Positions 28,430 through 42,265 of a DNA stretch of 64,000 bases are shown in pieces. Position numbers and translations under genes: made by a program. The notes under the pieces were generated by a model, which was not told where the DNA came from, did not search any database, and saw only the letters and a program-made list of their open reading frames with translations. The stretch's first letter is position 1; the number at the start of each line of letters is the position of its first letter. Source of the stretch: the human T2T-CHM13v2.0 reference genome, Homo sapiens; NCBI RefSeq assembly GCF_009914755.1, contig NC_060947.1. One strand, 5' to 3'.

Positions 28430-30017
28430 GTTTTGGGGTTTCTGGGCTTAGCTGGTTAATATGATTAGACCGAAAAAATGCTAAGGACTCTACTTCTAAT
28501 AATATCAAGGACACTGATAGTCCTCTGCATGAATTGTTTAGAGAGTTATGCAAAATAAATGCATTTGACACTCCTGATTCACCGCTCATGAGAGGCAAAG
28601 AGTTTAGTCACTCTATACATAATAGTTTTGACCATATGTGGAGAATGAAGGAACATGTTGAAGCTGGTTGGTTGCTCCTAAGTTCAGTGGACAAAGTGAT
28701 GAAAGAAAATTATGAACTCAGGGATTCTACCTCCCGGCTTCAGAAGCAGACACTGAACCTCCAATCTACTAAGATTGCCTTGAGTGAGAGTCTTATCTCC
28801 TGCAGAGAAAGAGCTGAAATTGTGAAAAACCGGACACAAGCTCTTATCATGTGAGTGGCTGACCTGCAATGAAAGGTGCAAGCACAGCCTCACCAGGTGT
28901 CTACTGTTAAAGTGAGGGCATTGATTGGAAAAAAACTGGACCCTGCAACTTGGAATGGGGACATGTGGAAAGACCTTGATGAAGCTGGGGACACTGAGTT
29001 TGTAAACTCTGATGAACCTTTTTGTGCCAGAAGAAACAATTTCCCCATCTCCATTAGTGGCGACATCCCCTCCACGACCCACGCTGCCATCAGCCTTTCC
29101 ACCACTGTCTGAGGAGATAAAGCCTGCGCCGTCTGAGGCAACAGTGAGGGCCTCCCCTGAGGTAATTGCCAGGCAAGATAATGTTGATTCTCTTCAAGAG
29201 CCACCCCTAAAACCTCTGTTTGCTTCTAGGCATATAACTAGACTAAAGTCCTGGTGGGACCCTAGAGGTAAGGTTGAAAGTGTGACTTATGAAGAGGTGT
29301 GCTACACTAAAAAAATGAAAAACAGCTTAAGTTTTCTAATTTATATAAATAGAAATCTGGAGAACAGGCATGGGAATGGATATTAAGTGTGTGGGACAAT
29401 GGTGGAAGGAAAATAGAGTTGGATCAGGCTGAATTTATTGACTTTGGCCCACAAAGTAGGGACTCTGCTTTTAATGTTGCAGCTCAGGGAGTTTAAAAAA
29501 GGTTCTAATAGTTTATTTTCTTGGCTACCTGAAATATGGATTAAAAGATGGCCCACTGTGAGAGAGGTGGAAATGCCTAATCTCCCCTGGTTTAATGTAG
29601 GGAAGGGATCCAAAAGCTTAGGGAGATTGGGATGTTGGAGTGGATTAGTCACTTTAGACCTACTCATCCCAGCTGGCCAGGTCCAGAAGATATGCCCTTG
29701 AGCAATGCCATGTGAAATAGATTTGGGAGGCTAGCACCTGCATTTTTGAAGAGCCCTGTAATTGCTCCTCTCTGTATGTCAGATCTAATGGTGGAAACCA
29801 CAGTCACTCAACTACAAAGTTTAAACACAATAGAAATATTTGGATCCTGAGGTGGCAGGGGCCAAGTGGTGGCACTCAATCATCAAAGGCGAGGTGGGCA
29901 TAGCTACTGTAATGGACAGCAGAGGCAAAGCAGCAATCAGAATAGTCTGACTTGTGTAGAGCTCTGGCATTGGCTAATTGATCATGGTGTTCCTAGAAGT
30001 GAACATGATAGAAAGCC
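28430..30017 (+). pseudogene. HERV-L gag, disrupted
   Basis: ORF pieces FRELCKINAFD, KVRALIGK..DPATWNGD, WPTVREVEMP, ELWHWLIDHGVP, separated by stops and frameshifts. Confidence 0.88.
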
Positions 30018-30039
30018 TTGGAGAATTGATAGAATGTCT

Positions 30040-32400
30040 TGGAGAATGACAGTGGATTAAGATAAGCTTAACCAAGTGGTGACTCCAGTTGCAGCTGCTG
30101 TACCAGTTGCAGTTTCATTGCTTGAACACATTAATACATTTCCTGGTATCTGGTATGCAGCCATTGACTTGGCAAATGCCTTTTTCTTCATTCTTGTCTG
30201 TAAGACCCACCGGAAGCAATTTGCCTTCAGCTGACAAGGCCAAAAATATAACTTTACTGTCCTACCTCAGAGGTATATCAACTCTGGCTTTGTGTCATAA
30301 TCTTATTTGGAGAGACTTTGATTGTTTTTCACTTCCACAAAATATCACACTGGTTCATTACATTGATGACATTATGCTGATTGGATCCAGTGAGCAAGAA
30401 GTAGCAAACTCACTGGACTTATTGATGAGACATTTGCATGCCAGAGGATGGGAAATAAATATGACTAAAATTCAGGGAACTTCTACCTCAGTAAAATTTC
30501 TAGGAGTACAGGGATGTGGGGCCTGTCAAGATATTCCTTCCAAAGTGAAGGAAAAGTTTCTGCATTTGGCCTCTCCTACAACCAAGAAAGAGGCACAATG
30601 CCTAGTGGGCCTACTTGGATTTTGCTGGCAACACATTCTTCATTTGGATGTGTTACCCCAGCCCATTTATTTAGTGACCCGAAAGGCTGCCAGTTTTGAG
30701 TGGAGTCCAGAACAGAAGAAGGCCCTGCAACAGGTCCAGTCTGCTGTGCAAGTTGCTCTGCCACTTGGGCCATATGAGCCAGCAGATCCAATGATACTTG
30801 AGGTGTCAGTGGCAGATAGAGATGCTGTTTGGAGCCTTTGGAAGGCCCCCATAGGTGAATCACAGAGGAGGCCTCTAGGCTTTAGGAGCAAGGCCCTGCC
30901 ATCTTCTGCAGATAACTGCTTTCCTTTTGAGAGACAGCTCTTTGACTATTACTGGGCTTTGGTGGAAACTGAATGTTTGACTATAAGTCATCAATTCACC
31001 ATGAGACCTCCACTGCCTATCATGAACTGGGTGCTTTATGACCCATCTAGCCATATACTGGGTCATGCACAGAAGCATTTCATCATCAAATGGAAGTGGT
31101 ATATATGTGATCAGGCTTGAGTAGGTCCTGAACTCAAATAAGTTACATGAGGAAGTGGCTCAAATGCCCATGGTCTCCACTCCTACTACCCTGCCTTCTC
31201 TCTCCCAGCCTACACCAATGGCCTTAAGGAGAGTTCCCCATTATCAGTTGACATAGGAAGAGAAGACTAGGGCCTGGTTCACAGATGGTTCTGCACGATA
31301 TTCAGGCATCACCCGAAAGTGGACAGCTGCAGCACTATAGCCTCTTTCTAGGACATCCCTGAAAGACAGCAGTGAAGAGAAATCTTCCCAGTGGGAAGAA
31401 CTGCGAGTACTGCACTTTACATTGAAGGAAAAATTGCAGGATTTGAGATTATATACTGATTCATAGGCGGTAGCCAATGGTTTGGCTGGGTGGTCAGGGA
31501 CTTGGAAGAAACATGACTGGAAAATTGGTGACAAATAAATTTGAAGAAGAGGTATATGGATGGACATCTCTGAGTGGCCAGAAACTGTGAAGATATTTGT
31601 TTCCCATGTGAGTGCTCACCAATGGGTGACCTCAGCAGAGGAGAATTTTAATAATCAAGTGGATAAGATGACCCATTTTCTGGACACCACTAAACCTCTT
31701 TCTCTAGCCACCCCTGTCATCGCCCAATGGGCCCATGAACAAAGTGGCCATGGTGGCGGGGATGGAGATTACACATGGGCTCCACAACATGGACTTCCAC
31801 TCACCAAGGCTGACCTGGCTATGGCCACCACTGAGTGCCCAATTTGTCAGCAGCAGAAAACAGCACTGATCCCTTGATATGGAACAATTCCTCGTGGTGA
31901 TCAGCCTGCCACCAGGTGAAAAGTTGATTATATTGGACATCTTCCATCATGGAAAGTGCAGAGGCTTGTCCTCACTGGAATAGACACTTACTCTGGATAT
32001 AGGTTTGCCTATTCTGCGTGCAATGCTTCTTCCAAGACTACCATCTGTGGACTCATGGAATGCCTTATCTACCATCATGGTATTCAACACTGCATTGCCT
32101 CTGACCAAGGCACTCACTTTATGGCTAAAGAAGTGCAGCAGTGGGCTCATGATCATGGAATTCACTGGTTTTACCTTGTTCCCCATTATCCTGAAGCAGC
32201 TGGATTGATAGAACAGTGAAATGGCTTATTGAAGTCACAATTATAGCACCAACTAGGTGACAATACTTTGCAGGGCTGGGGCAAAGTTCTCTAGAAGGTC
32301 GTGTATGCTCTGAATCAGCTTCCAATATATGGTACTATTTCTTCCATAACCAGCATTCACAGGTCCAGGAATTAAGGGGTGGAAGTGGAAATGGCACCAC
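30040..32400 (+). pseudogene. HERV-L pol (RT, RNase H, integrase), disrupted
   Basis: WRMTVD, LVHYIDD RT motif, WFTDGS RNase H, HEQSGH..CPIC zinc-binding motif, GIDTYSG and ASDQGTHF integrase core. Confidence 0.93.
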
Positions 32401-32436
32401 TCACTATCACCCCTTGTAGATCCACTAGCAAAATTT

Positions 32437-32811
32437 TTGCTTCCTGTTCCTGAGACATTACATTATGCTGGCCTAGAGGTCTTAGTTCCAGAGGGAGGAA
32501 CGCTGCCACCAGGAGACACAACAATGATTCTATTAAACTGGAAGTTAAGATTGCCACCGGGACACTTTGAGCTCCTCCTACCTTTAAGTCAACAGAATAA
32601 GATGGGAGTTACAGTGTTGCCTGGGGTGATTGACTTGGACTCTCAAGATGAAATCAGTTTACTACTTTACAAAGAATGTAAAGAAGAGTATGCATGGAAT
32701 ACAGAAAATCTATTAGGGCATGTCTTAATATCACCATGCCCAGTGATTAAGGTCAATGGGAAGCTACAACAGCCCCATCCAGGCTGCACTACAAATGACC
32801 CAGACCCTTAA
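32437..32811 (+). pseudogene. HERV-L dUTPase-like region
   Basis: LPPGDT..NWKLRLPPGHF..GVIDLD located after integrase, as in HERV-L. Confidence 0.85.
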
Positions 32812-33660
32812 GGAATGAATATTTGTGTCACTCTACCAGGAAAAAGAAAACATGACCTGCTGAGGTGCTTGCTGAAGGCAAAAGGAATACAGAGTGGGTG
32901 GTAGAAGAAAGTAGTCATCAATACCAGCTACAACCACATGACCAGCTGCAGAAACGAGGACTGTAATTGTCATGAGTATTTCCTACTTCTTTTTATAAAA
33001 CCATGTTTGTGCATGTATGCACCTGTACTAAGAAAACATCTTCATTTTATTTCCTTTCTCCTTCATCATGTGACATAAGATTAACTGACATCACATCAGC
33101 ATTTAAGAATTGTTAACTTTATGTAATAGTATTTGGGTTGGGGATTGGTACGTTCCTGGTTGTACGAAGGATATTTGTATCATGTTAAGGCATAATGTTG
33201 CCCTTATTATTGCCATCATTTGAAGATTATATATGATCTCAGGAGATGTATATGGGTTCAAGTTGATAAGGGGTGGACTTGGAATGGTTGATACTGAATG
33301 TCAACTTGATTGGATTGAAGGATACAAAGTATTGATCCTGAGAGTGTCTGTGAGAGTGTTGCCAAAGGAGACTAACATTTGAGTCAGTGGGTTGGGAAAG
33401 GCAGACCCACCCTTAATCTGGGTTGGCACAAACTAATCAGCTGCCAGCATGGCTAGAATATAAGCAGGCAGAAAAACGTGAAAAGAGAACTGGCCTAGCT
33501 TCCCAGCCTACATCTTTCTCCCATGCTGGATGCTTCCTGCCCTCAAACATCGGACTCCAAGTTCTTCAGTTTTGGAACTCGGACTGGCTCTCCATGATCC
33601 TCAGCCTGCAGACAGCCTATTGTGGGACCTTGTGATCATGTGAATTAATACTTAATAAAC

Positions 33661-33662
33661 TA

Positions 33663-33722
<60 letters not shown>
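33661..33722. repeat. (TA)n microsatellite in the 3' LTR
   Basis: Directly visible. The 5' LTR has (TG)n(TATG)n at the equivalent site. Confidence 0.95.
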
Positions 33723-33725
<3 letters not shown>

Positions 33726-35562
33726 CATTAGTTCTGCCCCTCTAGAGAATCTTGACTAATACTATAGGTGTGTGTTTAATTTTTTAAGAAACTTTCAAAC
33801 TCTGAAAAGAGTTATTTCTTAATTTAAAAAATGCCCCATCCGTAAAATGAAAAAGCAAGCGCTATTTTACACAATCATGTTACCATATATTGGTAAGATT
33901 ATTCGCTGGAGAAACAAAGAAAAATAGAGCTTGCCTATCAAACTTTGACTGAAATATACAGTAATGTGTATAATTTAAAGTACTAGTTTTAGTTAAGCTC
34001 TCAAAATTGTTGCACATCAACGCATATAGTTCTCTGTTCACCATAAAAAAGATCTGATTTGGTAACTGAATGCTTGCGCCTTGTAGTCATTCCATGATCA
34101 GCTAAGTCTTGTCTAAGGAATTACTCTGTTTATTTGATTGTTTAAAATTAATTTAAAAAGTTATTGAAAAAGGTTTGTTCTTATATTGCATTTTGCTAAG
34201 CAATACTACTAGTAAAAGGTATTGAACCAAAATAACAATTAAGCAAACAAGGATTTCAGTGTTTAACACTCACTGTTATGTAGCAACAATGAGGCTGTAC
34301 TGCTTGAGGAAAATATCACAGGGACTGTATCACATATCCAAAGTGTGGCAACTGAAAACAAAATCGTTATTACATGCTAAAGAGAACACTAAATAGCACT
34401 ATGTAAGAGTTCATCCCATTAAAACATTCTAATCATTTAAATTACCTTTGACCATGTCAATTATATTTGACCTTATCTAACTAGACCATGGTAAAAGTTG
34501 ATATCCAGAAAACAACTTTTTTTTTTTTCATACAGAGATACCGTAAAGTGACTTTCAGGTAATAAATTTCAAAGTTTCTTGAGGGTTGTCATAATTTTCA
34601 TGGTTTCTACCCTTCTGTTGTCTAATGGTTTGACACATTTTTTTGGCAGCTTAGACATATATCCTCTGTATATTTTTTGTGTGAAATTATACATGAGTAA
34701 TCCATCAATGCACAGAAAAATGTGACATAAGTTTTTGTCAGTTGATAAAACATAAATATTTACAAAGAAAACTTTAGTTGGAGGCCATGACTGAAGAAGA
34801 ATATATAGTTCATTTAATTTCCTATATCCAGTGACTTTTGAATTGATCTGAATTGCAGAACTAATTTAAAATATCTTTTTCATAGACTCTAGGAACTATC
34901 CACTGTTGTACTATGTTATACTATTCCTCTCTAATGATAATTATTGGTTTCTACACTTATGCTCATTAGTAGTGAGAATTTTCCTGATAAAACATTAGAC
35001 TCAAAGCTAAAACAAAACTCTCATAAAACTTACCTGAAAAATATTTGAAGTAGACTAACATATGATAACAGAAATTCTAAAAAATGTGCATCCTGTCTTT
35101 CTCTTTACTTTGCTGTATCTTGTGAAAAATATAATCGAAATAGTATAAGAATAGACTTAACTTTTCACTTGGAATGAGTATACAATTGTATTATTAAGCA
35201 TAGAAATAATTTTAAAAGGGCACATACATTTTATAATCCATGGCAAAAGTATGCCATAGTGTATTATAAATGTGTTACAATACAATTGGTTTAATTTAGT
35301 AGACATTCTTTGCTTTTTATTTCTGAAATAAGGTTTCTAAACATATATAAATAATATTTAGATATTTCTAGCAGCACTTAATATTTATGTGTTTAAGTTA
35401 AGCATATATCTCATGAACTCATACTAGGATTCAAAACTTTACAATTTCAAAGGTGTTCTGCTGAGCTAGGCCAAGCATATGTGTGGGCCAGTAGGTACCC
35501 TTGAGTAATGATTGAGTATTTAGAATTTCCTCTACCAATAATATATAAGGAAGTAAGCACTA

Positions 35563-36176
<614 letters not shown>

Positions 36177-36765
36177 CTAAAAAGAATATCCCTTTCCAGA
36201 CAGATCTCTAGCTCAAAGAGTCACTCAAGGAAAGAGCATCAGCATGAGGGAAACTGCGTAAGAGGACTCTTTGAGTTAGAGTTTTAAGAACAAATCAGCT
36301 GTGTTGACTTTCATTATATTAAACAAATAAAGGAATCTAAAAAACTAGTGTAACACATTTCCAAAAAACTTCATATAGTAAGATACAGCAGAGGGACCTG
36401 ACAGAATCCACAAGTGCTATAGAAGACCTTGAGGCAGTAACAGTAAAACAAATTCTTATTCTAAGATGGGCCTCCTAATGCATGTTTTCATCAGAATATT
36501 TTAGAAATCCTGCTCTAGGTAATGGGGAGACTAGTGGTTGGCATAGAAATAATGACAGTTTTCTAGTATTTTTAAAATCTAGGGAAGAATACAATTTAGT
36601 CTTAAGATGGCAGCCTCATCACATGAGCAATATTTAATACTGCTCCTGTATTTATAGAACTATCAATTTAAGGACTAGACTCAGGCACATAGTAATGTTT
36701 TCAGTGTGATTTCGTTACTACAACTGTCAATTTGTGCACCAAGTTGAATTATTCAAAAATAAATA

Positions 36766-37278
36766 TGTATTACCCAGGGTTATCTAAAGGGACAGAACTA
36801 ATAGGATCGATGGATATATAAAGGGGAGTTTACTAAAGAGTATTGACTCACATGATCACAAGCTGAAGTCCCACATTATGAGCAAGGATGAGGAGCAAGG
36901 ATGCCAGTCTAAGTCTCAAAACCTCAAAAGTAGAAAAGCCAAAAATGCAGCCTTCAGTCTTCAGTTGAAGGTCCAAGAGTCTCAAAGATGAAGAACTTGA
37001 AGTCTGATGTTCAAGGGCAGGAAGCACCCAGCACGGAAGAAAGATGGAGGCCGGAAGCTTAAGCCAGTCTAGTTCTTCCACGTTCCTCTGCCCACTTTTA
37101 TCCTAGCTGCACTAGCAGCTGATTAGATGGTGCCCGCCCAGATTGAGGGTGGGTCTGCCTCTCCCACTCCACTGACTCAAATCTTACTCTCCTTTGACAA
37201 TACCCTCAAGACTCACCCAGGAACAATACTTTGCATCTTTCAATCCAATCAATTTGACATGCAATATTAACCACCACA
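36766..37278 (-). mobile_element. MLT2A solo LTR
   Basis: tgtattacccagggtt...caatccaatcaatttgac...aaccaccaca; perfect AAATA TSD. Confidence 0.93.
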
Positions 37279-38094
37279 AAATACATTTTATTAAGACAAA
37301 GTAATAGTAAAGAGGAAAACTAGACATCATGTAGGAGACTGAACTGAGTAACCTCCAAGTTTGGTTTGAAATCTATAATTATATCAAAAGTTGGTGAAGG
37401 CTTGCCCATTATTAATTTGTCTTATTTATTCCAATAAAGGACACTGAATATATTAGATTAAGAGCCACCAATAGTTAATTTCAATTTTTCACAACGTATT
37501 ATTATTTAAAAATTGAATGTGATTAGTTTGTGTAGAAATTACCAGATTTACAACTCATTTCGGAGGAAAGCACTAAAGATGTCATTATCATATTTATTAT
37601 TATGAATGACTTAGAACACTTGTATATCTACCCTCATCTTTCCATTTTCTGAGTTATGTTCATTTAACCAGGGAGGGTAAACCAATTCTGGAACAATTAC
37701 TGGTTTTACCATGTAACTCTTCAAGATTTTACTTTTTGCATTCATTTATTTTTGTCATGTTGACAGCATAATTTATATTTAATCTTATATGGTTGATTGA
37801 TTTAGAGATTTACCACTTGTCATTTTATACTACTTTTCCTTTCTTGACTTGTTAATGTTCAATTATTTTTTATTCAGTTAGAATATGTCTTTGCGTAATT
37901 ATTTGTATAAAGGTCATGTGAGTGATACATTCACAAAGCCTGTGCCCATCTGAATACGGCTTTTAATTTGTCATTACACAAGAAAGGTTTATTGTTGCTG
38001 AGAAATCTAAAACCACATGACCGGTTCTTTTGCAGGTAAAGTATTAGCTTTCTTTACTGCTTTTATGCTTGTAGATTTTTCAATTTTATCTTTT

Positions 38095-38172
38095 TTATTT
38101 CTATGTTTCATTTTACTTTAAGTTCTGGGATACATGTGCAGACCGTGCAGGTTTATTACATAAATAAACGTG
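38095..38172 (-). mobile_element. Extremely 5'-truncated L1PA tail
   Basis: tactttaagttctgggatacatgtgcaga with a T-rich tail; TATCTTT TSD candidate. Confidence 0.8.
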
Positions 38173-38871
38173 TATCTTTAAAACTAAATTTGATGCAGGA
38201 ACATATACATACTTGTGGGCCCTATTTTGTCAATCTTTCTTCCGTAATGTAATGTAATGAACTCCCTTTTTAAAATATTTTGGCCAACTATTTTATTCAG
38301 ATAGATTGAGGGAAAATCAGGGCATTTAAGACACAAGTAGATTCTAGGAGAATAAGAAAAGACTATTTGCTTAAAATGTTCAATAATCCTTTCTGTGATC
38401 AAAAAGTATGGTGATATGTGTTTTAATTGCCATATAGTAAACCACACTCAACTTTCCTTGAAAATCTTAGGGCAAATAAAGCTCAAGGGGATGTGGGATG
38501 TGGTAAGATTTTGTATTTCAAATTTAATTTTTTTAATGACAAACAGCCAAATGTTTTGATATTTTAAGTCTCCTTAAAATGTACTAGAATTAAATAGCTG
38601 CATCAAAATAATTACATCAAAATGGTATATCCTCCTGCTAGTTTACAATAACGGCAATCTAGAAATATAAAGATCTTAGAAAATACTCTGATACTAGGAC
38701 AGCAATTAAGAATTTTAGTACAAAATTATGCTGAAAACTGGTTTTCCTTTTTAGCTTATATTCAAATTGTTATTTACTGTATCATTTTTAGGAAAAACAC
38801 ATTCTTATTGCTTTAAAGATAGCATTTCTATGAAATCAGAAAATGAAAACATAAGATATTGTTTCAAGGAA

Positions 38872-39642
38872 ATATATATATACACATATATATAATATAT
38901 ATACATATATAATATATACATATATAATATATATACGTACATATATAATATATATACATATATAATATATATACACATGTATAATATATAATATCTATCA
39001 TATATATACACATATATATTATATATACATATATAATATATATACACATATATATTATATATGCATATATAATATATATACACATATATATTATATATAC
39101 ATATATAATATATATACACATATATATTATATATACACACATATGTATAATATATATACACACATATATAATATATACACATATATATTATATATATACA
39201 CATATATATAATATATATACACATATATAATATATATACACATATATATAATATATATACACACATATATACATAATATATATACATATATATTATATAT
39301 ACATATATATTATATATACACATATATATAATATATATACAAGTATATATATTATATATATACACATATATGTTATATATATACACATATATATAATATA
39401 TATACACATATATATATTATATATACACACATATATAATATATATACACACATATATATTATATATACACACATATATATTATATATATACACACATATA
39501 TAATATATATACACACATATACATATAATATATATACACACATATATATAATATATATACACACATATATATTATATATATACACATATATATATAATAT
39601 ATATATACACACATATATATATAATCTATCTATATATATATA
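38872..39642. repeat. About 770-bp (TA)/(CA) low-complexity tandem repeat
   Basis: Variable units such as tacacatatatataatata and tacacatatatattatata. Confidence 0.97.
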
Positions 39643-39939
39643 TTTTTTTTTTTTTTTTGAAACAGAGTGTCACTCTGTTGCCAGGCTGGAGTGCAGTGCC
39701 GCGCGATCTTGGCTCATGGCAACCTCCGCCTCCTGGGTTCAAACGATTCTCCTGACTCGGCCTCCCGAGTAGCTGGGACTACAGGCACGCACCACCACAT
39801 CCAGCTAATTTTTGTATTTGTAATAGAGACCGGGTTTCACCATGTTGTCCAGGATGGTCTCAATCTCTTGTCCTCATGATCTGCCCACCTCAGCCTCCCA
39901 AAATGCTGAGATTACAGGCATGAGCCACCACGCCCTGCC
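39643..39939 (-). mobile_element. Alu (AluS), antisense
   Basis: Poly(T) followed by antisense Alu ending ccacgccctgcc. Confidence 0.96.
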
Positions 39940-40789
39940 AGAAATATGAATTTTTTAATATACACAACAGATTCCATAGACTGATATTAGCATTCAAATA
40001 AAAATATTCAGATACAGAAGATTCACTATAATGGATATTAAAAAAGAATTTAAAATATTTGTGGCAGCTGTGGAAGCAGAAAAAATTAAAAGATTTTACT
40101 ATTAGAGGAAGTAAGCATAGATTATAGAGTCTGGTGTTAATGTTTATACTGATTCTTGAGCTCCTCAGTAACTTATACAATTGGAGAATCACATCTTAAT
40201 CAGTAAAGAAAGGATTGCAGAAATAGGTCATACTGAGCTCAGATATACTGCAAGGGTGGCTCACCATTGATTTACAGTTAAGATTGTGAAGGTTACAGCA
40301 AAGTTATAAATCAATTAATAAAGAATATATTTTCCCATGAACCTATGTGAATTGAGAACCATAATCTATTAAAAAATGCAAGTGCATTTTAAAAATTAAG
40401 ATTTTGTTATATTTATTTATCACAGGAAATATACACATAGAACCAAGCAACCTGAACTTTTAAAAGGATTAAAGAATAAGAGTTTGTAAGGGGTGCACGT
40501 TAATATTTAGCTAATGGCCATGGTGAAAAAAAGCCACAAAAGGCTTATTTCTAAGCAAAATCCTGCCTTCTAAGATCAGGAAGCATATCTTCAGTATTTA
40601 CAAGAAAACCACTAATGCTACCTTGTGCGGCTTATCTCATTTTGATAAGGACAGGACTAAGCCCCCTGTTTTTATGTTTGATTTTTGTGCAGAGCAAAAT
40701 GAAATTTCCTGTAATGTATATGGCTTTATTTCTATTGATTTAATGTGCATTTATCTGCATTTTAGTACTGTTATTTTTTGAAGTTTTTT

Positions 40790-41630
40790 TGGTGCGAGTA
40801 TTTCTTTTTAATTTTAAAATAATTATAAATTCATGGTAATTTGCCAAGATAGTACAGAGAAGCCCCATGTACCCTTCATCAAGTTTCCCCACATTGTTAC
40901 ATCTTGCATAGTTATAGCGTAATATCACAACCAGGAAATAGACATTGGTACAATTTAAGTGTATAGTCCTATGTTAATTTAACGCATGCATGCATTTGTG
41001 TAACTTCTACAACAATCAAAATATTGAATTATTCTATCAACCCAAAGACATCTGTCATGATACCCCTTTGTAACAATTGCACTCAAGTCCTTCATGCTAC
41101 CTCCAAAATCTACACAACCTCTAATTTGTCCACCATCTCTGTAATGTTGTCATATTGAGAACGTTATATACATGGGATCACATACAATGTGACATTTTGA
41201 CATTGGCTTATTTTGTGGTGATCTGTTTTTGAATTTTGTGTTCTGTTCCATTGATGCTGTATGTTTTATCCTCCACTGATGACACACAATTTCTATCATT
41301 GTACCTATATAACAGGTCTTAAAATTCATTAGATGAATTCCTACAAATCTATTATTTTTATTCAAACTCATTTTAAATATTCTACTTTCTCTGCATTTCC
41401 AATATATTTTAGAATAATTTTGTCTATATCTACAAAAATCCTCCTGCAGTTTCTACCAGAATTGCATTAAACCTACTTAGACATTTGGAAGAATAGACAT
41501 CTAACTATTCTGAGTCTTTGAATTCATGAATGCGGTGTGTATTCCATTTAATTTATATCTTCTTTAATTTATTATCATTTAAAAAATGGTAGTTTTTTTT
41601 TTAGTCTTTTCTTCCTTCTCAGTATTGTGA
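40790..41630 (-). mobile_element. Old L1 (L1MB/MC-like) 3' region plus ORF2 pieces
   Basis: aaccaggaaatagacattggtacaat; gaattgcattaaacct...tgagtctt. Confidence 0.75.
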
Positions 41631-41661
41631 ATAACTGAATATAGAAAATATAGTTACTGGA

Positions 41662-42265
41662 AGAGGAGGTGGAGCAAAATGGCAAAATAGAAGACTCCAC
41701 CCATCAGCCCCTCTGCAAGGACACCAGTTTAACAACTATCCACATATAAAAGGCCCCTTTGTAAGAACCAAAAATCAGGTGAACACTCACTGTACTTGGT
41801 TTTAATTTCATGTTGCTGAAAGAGGCACTGAAGAGGTAGGAACAAAAAACATTTTGAATCCTTAGCACCAACCCTCCCCCACCACCCAGCAAGAGCATCA
41901 TGCTGCAGAGAGCATTTCTGTGTACTGAGGAGGATGAGCTCATCAATTGTGAGGCATTGTACTCAGTGTTGTTCTTTTATAGCAGAAAGGAAAACTGGAC
42001 TAAACTCAGCTTATGCCCACCCACAAAAAGAGCATTTAAACTGCCTCTTGCCAGAGGAGAATTGCCAATCCCAGCGGTCAGAACTTCAATTACTGCAAGC
42101 CACACCACCAGGAGCTAGAGTGCTCTGGGCACTAAATGAACTTAAAGACACCCTAGGACTAAAGGAGTACAATTCCTAGGAGAGTCCTAGTGCTGAACTG
42201 GGCCCAGAGACAGTGGAAAGCAATGGCATGTAACCTACTGAGACACTAGCCAAGGTGGCTGTGGC
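41662..42265 (+). mobile_element. L1 5' UTR (L1PBa/L1M1-like), cut off by HERV-L
   Basis: gaggtggagcaaaatggcaaaatagaag start; homologous to 49260-49490 in the opposite orientation. Confidence 0.8.

Larger units (their letters stand above)
27909..33763 (+). mobile_element. HERV-L provirus with two MLT2A LTRs (27909-28368 and 33280-33763), internally deleted
   Basis: Paired LTRs, PBS-like ggtaccaggagtggttc, PPT-like aaggggtggact, near-TSD gtagg/atagg, gene order gag-pol-dUTPase with no env. Confidence 0.96.

Noticed and set aside
38805-39612. Y/I/C/M-rich ORFs up to 200 aa; array-like appearance
   Set aside because: Low-complexity TA/CA repeat with no unique spacers, so neither a CDS nor a CRISPR array.
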